DNA of 64,000 nucleotides from Gammaproteobacteria bacterium (GTDB lineage Bacteria; Pseudomonadota; Gammaproteobacteria; CAJXQU01): NCBI GenBank assembly GCA_965238175.1, contig CBDEGZ010000003.1, positions 1,952,001 to 2,016,000 of the forward strand, read 5' to 3'. Shown piece by piece: positions 61,799 to 64,000 of this stretch (position 1 is its first letter; each line of letters starts with the position of its first letter). The notes under the pieces were generated by a model. It saw only the letters and a program-made list of their open reading frames with translations, ran no database searches and was not told where the DNA came from. The position numbers and the translations under genes were made by a program.

Positions 61799-63394
61799 AT
61801 GTCAGATAGCAATTTAGTCAATGAAATCAATAAGAGAAGAACGTTTGCTATCATCTCGCACCCTGATGCGGGCAAAACTACGGTCACTGAAAAGTTATTG
61901 TATCTTGCCGGCGCGATTAAAATTGCCGGTACGGTTAAAGCAAGAAAAAGTTCGCGTCATGCAACATCTGATTGGATGGAAATTGAAAAACAACGTGGGA
62001 TCTCTGTCACTTCATCTGTAATGCAGTTTCCCTATAAAGATTGTGTGATCAATCTTCTTGACACACCTGGGCATGCTGATTTTTCTGAAGATACATACCG
62101 GGTATTGACGGCTGTGGATGCGGCGCTAATGGTGATCGACGCAGCCAAAGGTGTAGAAGAACGTACGATAAAACTGATGGAAGTTTGCCGGTTACGTAAC
62201 ACTCCTATCATTACATTCATTAACAAACTTGATCGGGATAGTCAGGATCCATTGGATCTTTTGGATGAGGTTGAAAGCGTTTTAAAAATTCAATGTGCAC
62301 CTGTTACGTGGCCAATTGGATCAGGCAAGCAATTTAAAGGTATTTATAACATACGCGATGACAGGGCACGTCTTTACCGATCGGCTAATAACGAGGTGGA
62401 TGATCAAGAAGAAGCTGATCAATTTATAGAAGGCTTGAATAATCCTGATCTTGTTGTTGCATCAGATGGTCAACACGGCAATCTTTGTGATGGTATAGAG
62501 TTGGTTACGGGGGCAGGGCACGGGTTTGATCAAGAAGACTTTTTATCGGGTAAGCAAACACCTGTTTATTTCGGAACAGCGCTGAATAATTTTGGTCTTG
62601 AAGAAATGCTTGATTGTTTTGTTGATTCTGCACCCTCACCCTTAGCACGTCATGCAGTAAGTCGAACCGTTGAGCCTAATGAAAATAAATTTTCTGGTTT
62701 TGTATTTAAGATCCAAGCGAATATGGATCCTGCTCATCGGGATCGAATTGCATTTTTACGTATCTGTTCAGGACAGTTTTTTAAAGGGATGAAAACCCGT
62801 CAGGTTCGCATTGGTAAAGATGTAACACTAGCGAATGTTCTTACTTTTCTAGCCGGTGATCGTGAACATGCGGAGAAAGCTTATTCTGGCGATATTATTG
62901 GTATACATAATCATGGAACCATCCAGATAGGTGATACGTTTACCGAAGGAGAATCTCTTAAATTCACCGGCATTCCTCATTTTGCACCGGAATTATTTCG
63001 TCGTGTAATCTTAAAGGATCCTTTGAAAATGAAGGCTTTGTTGAAAGGCTTGATCCAGTTGAGTGAAGAGGGTGCCACGCAAGTATTTAGACCGATGAAT
63101 AATAATGATCTGATACTTGGTGCCGTTGGTATTTTGCAGTTTGATGTTGTTGCCTGGCGTTTGAAAAATGAATACAACGTTGAATGTAAATTCGATAATG
63201 TACAAGTCGCTACTGCAAGATGGGTCGAAAGTGAGGATGAGGTAGCTTTACATAAATTTAAAAACAAAGCCTTTGATAATCTCGCAGTAGATGGCGGAGA
63301 AAATCTGACATATCTAGCACCAACACGTGTCAATCTTAATCTGGCGATTGAAAAGTGGCCTGAAATTGAATTTCACGCCACTCGAGAACATTAA
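61799..63394 (+). CDS. prfC: peptide chain release factor 3
   Basis: [61 protein letters not shown]. Confidence 0.98.
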   Translation: MSDSNLVNEINKRRTFAIISHPDAGKTTVTEKLLYLAGAIKIAGTVKARKSSRHATSDWMEIEKQRGISVTSSVMQFPYKDCVINLLDTPGHADFSEDTYRVLTAVDAALMVIDAAKGVEERTIKLMEVCRLRNTPIITFINKLDRDSQDPLDLLDEVESVLKIQCAPVTWPIGSGKQFKGIYNIRDDRARLYRSANNEVDDQEEADQFIEGLNNPDLVVASDGQHGNLCDGIELVTGAGHGFDQEDFLSGKQTPVYFGTALNNFGLEEMLDCFVDSAPSPLARHAVSRTVEPNENKFSGFVFKIQANMDPAHRDRIAFLRICSGQFFKGMKTRQVRIGKDVTLANVLTFLAGDREHAEKAYSGDIIGIHNHGTIQIGDTFTEGESLKFTGIPHFAPELFRRVILKDPLKMKALLKGLIQLSEEGATQVFRPMNNNDLILGAVGILQFDVVAWRLKNEYNVECKFDNVQVATARWVESEDEVALHKFKNKAFDNLAVDGGENLTYLAPTRVNLNLAIEKWPEIEFHATREH

Positions 63395-63411
63395 CTTCGT
63401 CTCTAATCAAT

Positions 63412-64000
63412 TGTAGAAGTTTAGACCCAATCTGACACATCACTAAATCAAGCGGAGCGTAGCGACGCTTGATTTAGTGAGAGTTACCCGCTTTGATGTA
63501 ACTGCAACGTAAACATCAAAACACAAAGAGGTAACTCTCATGATTCATACTAATGACAAAGTTATAAAACATAAAGTTGGTCTACTCAATCTCGCTGAAG
63601 AACTCGGCAATGTCTCAAAAGCCTGCAAGATGATGGGTTTGTCCAGAGATACATTTTATCGCTACAAAGAAGCGGCTGATGAAGGCGGTGTAGAAGCCTT
63701 GTTTGATCGTAATCGGCGTACCCCAAATCTTAAAAACAGAATCGACCCGGCTATTGAAACCGTTGTGCTCGAGTATGCACTGGAAGAGCCCGCACATGGT
63801 CAAACGCGCACCAGTAACGAGCTGCGCAAACGGGGAACATTTGTCTCACCCAGTGGCGTTCGTTGTATCTGGCTTCGTCATGGTCTTGCTTGCTTTAAAG
63901 ATCGCCTGAAGGCATTGTCTGATAAGGTAGCTGGTGAAGGCTTGATCCTCACTGAGTCTCAAGTCGCGGCGATGGAACGCAAGAAAGACGACGATGAGGC
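63412..64000 (+). mobile_element. IS481-family insertion sequence (left end; runs off the window)
   Basis: Starts with TGT(AGAAGTTTAGAC...), as IS481 ends do, 17 bp after the prfC stop; a transposase ORF follows. Confidence 0.85.
63540..64000 (+). CDS. IS481-family transposase (partial)
   Basis: Hand translation MIHTNDKVIKHKVGLLNLAEELGNVSKACKMMGLSRDTFYRYK...PNLKNR...PAHGQTRTSNELRKRG.FVSPSGVRCIWLRH. Confidence 0.9.
   Translation, partial: MIHTNDKVIKHKVGLLNLAEELGNVSKACKMMGLSRDTFYRYKEAADEGGVEALFDRNRRTPNLKNRIDPAIETVVLEYALEEPAHGQTRTSNELRKRGTFVSPSGVRCIWLRHGLACFKDRLKALSDKVAGEGLILTESQVAAMERKKDDDE

Noticed and set aside
61799-63394. Programmed frameshift in the release factor gene
   Set aside because: That applies to prfB; this is an uninterrupted prfC.

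Overview
AT-rich chromosomal segment from what is probably a methylotrophic gammaproteobacterium (inferred from gene content). Bases 1-47,117 are mostly core genes: galE, cysC, a MoxY/MxcQ-like two-component pair, dsbB, ybgC-epmB-efp-epmA-yoaA, cydABX-cydDC, argEA, lolC/E-lolD, tsaB, cpdA, moaCDE, pdxJ-acpS and a photolyase. This part also holds a complete mxaRSACKL cluster with no mxaFJGI. Where the methanol dehydrogenase genes would normally be there is a MocR regulator, an NTF2/SnoaL-like gene and a molybdopterin oxidoreductase, and two of their promoters share a 37-bp operator-like sequence. Bases ~47,200-61,790 form an accessory island just upstream of prfC. It carries a hipBA-type toxin-antitoxin pair, a minimal PEP-CTERM gene with a sigma-28-like promoter, two decayed tRNA-Phe 3' fragments in direct repeat, mobile-element relics and a resolvase. 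The most unusual feature is an apparently two-chain Rhs system. A signal-peptide-bearing Rhs shell gene ends in tandem 720-bp CBM-like/Ig-like repeats, and the conserved Rhs core end plus toxin tip sits in a separate, closely coupled ORF with its own signal-like N-terminus, followed by a two-TM putative immunity gene. An IS481-family element begins at the right edge. All calls come from reading the sequence; no database searches were run.
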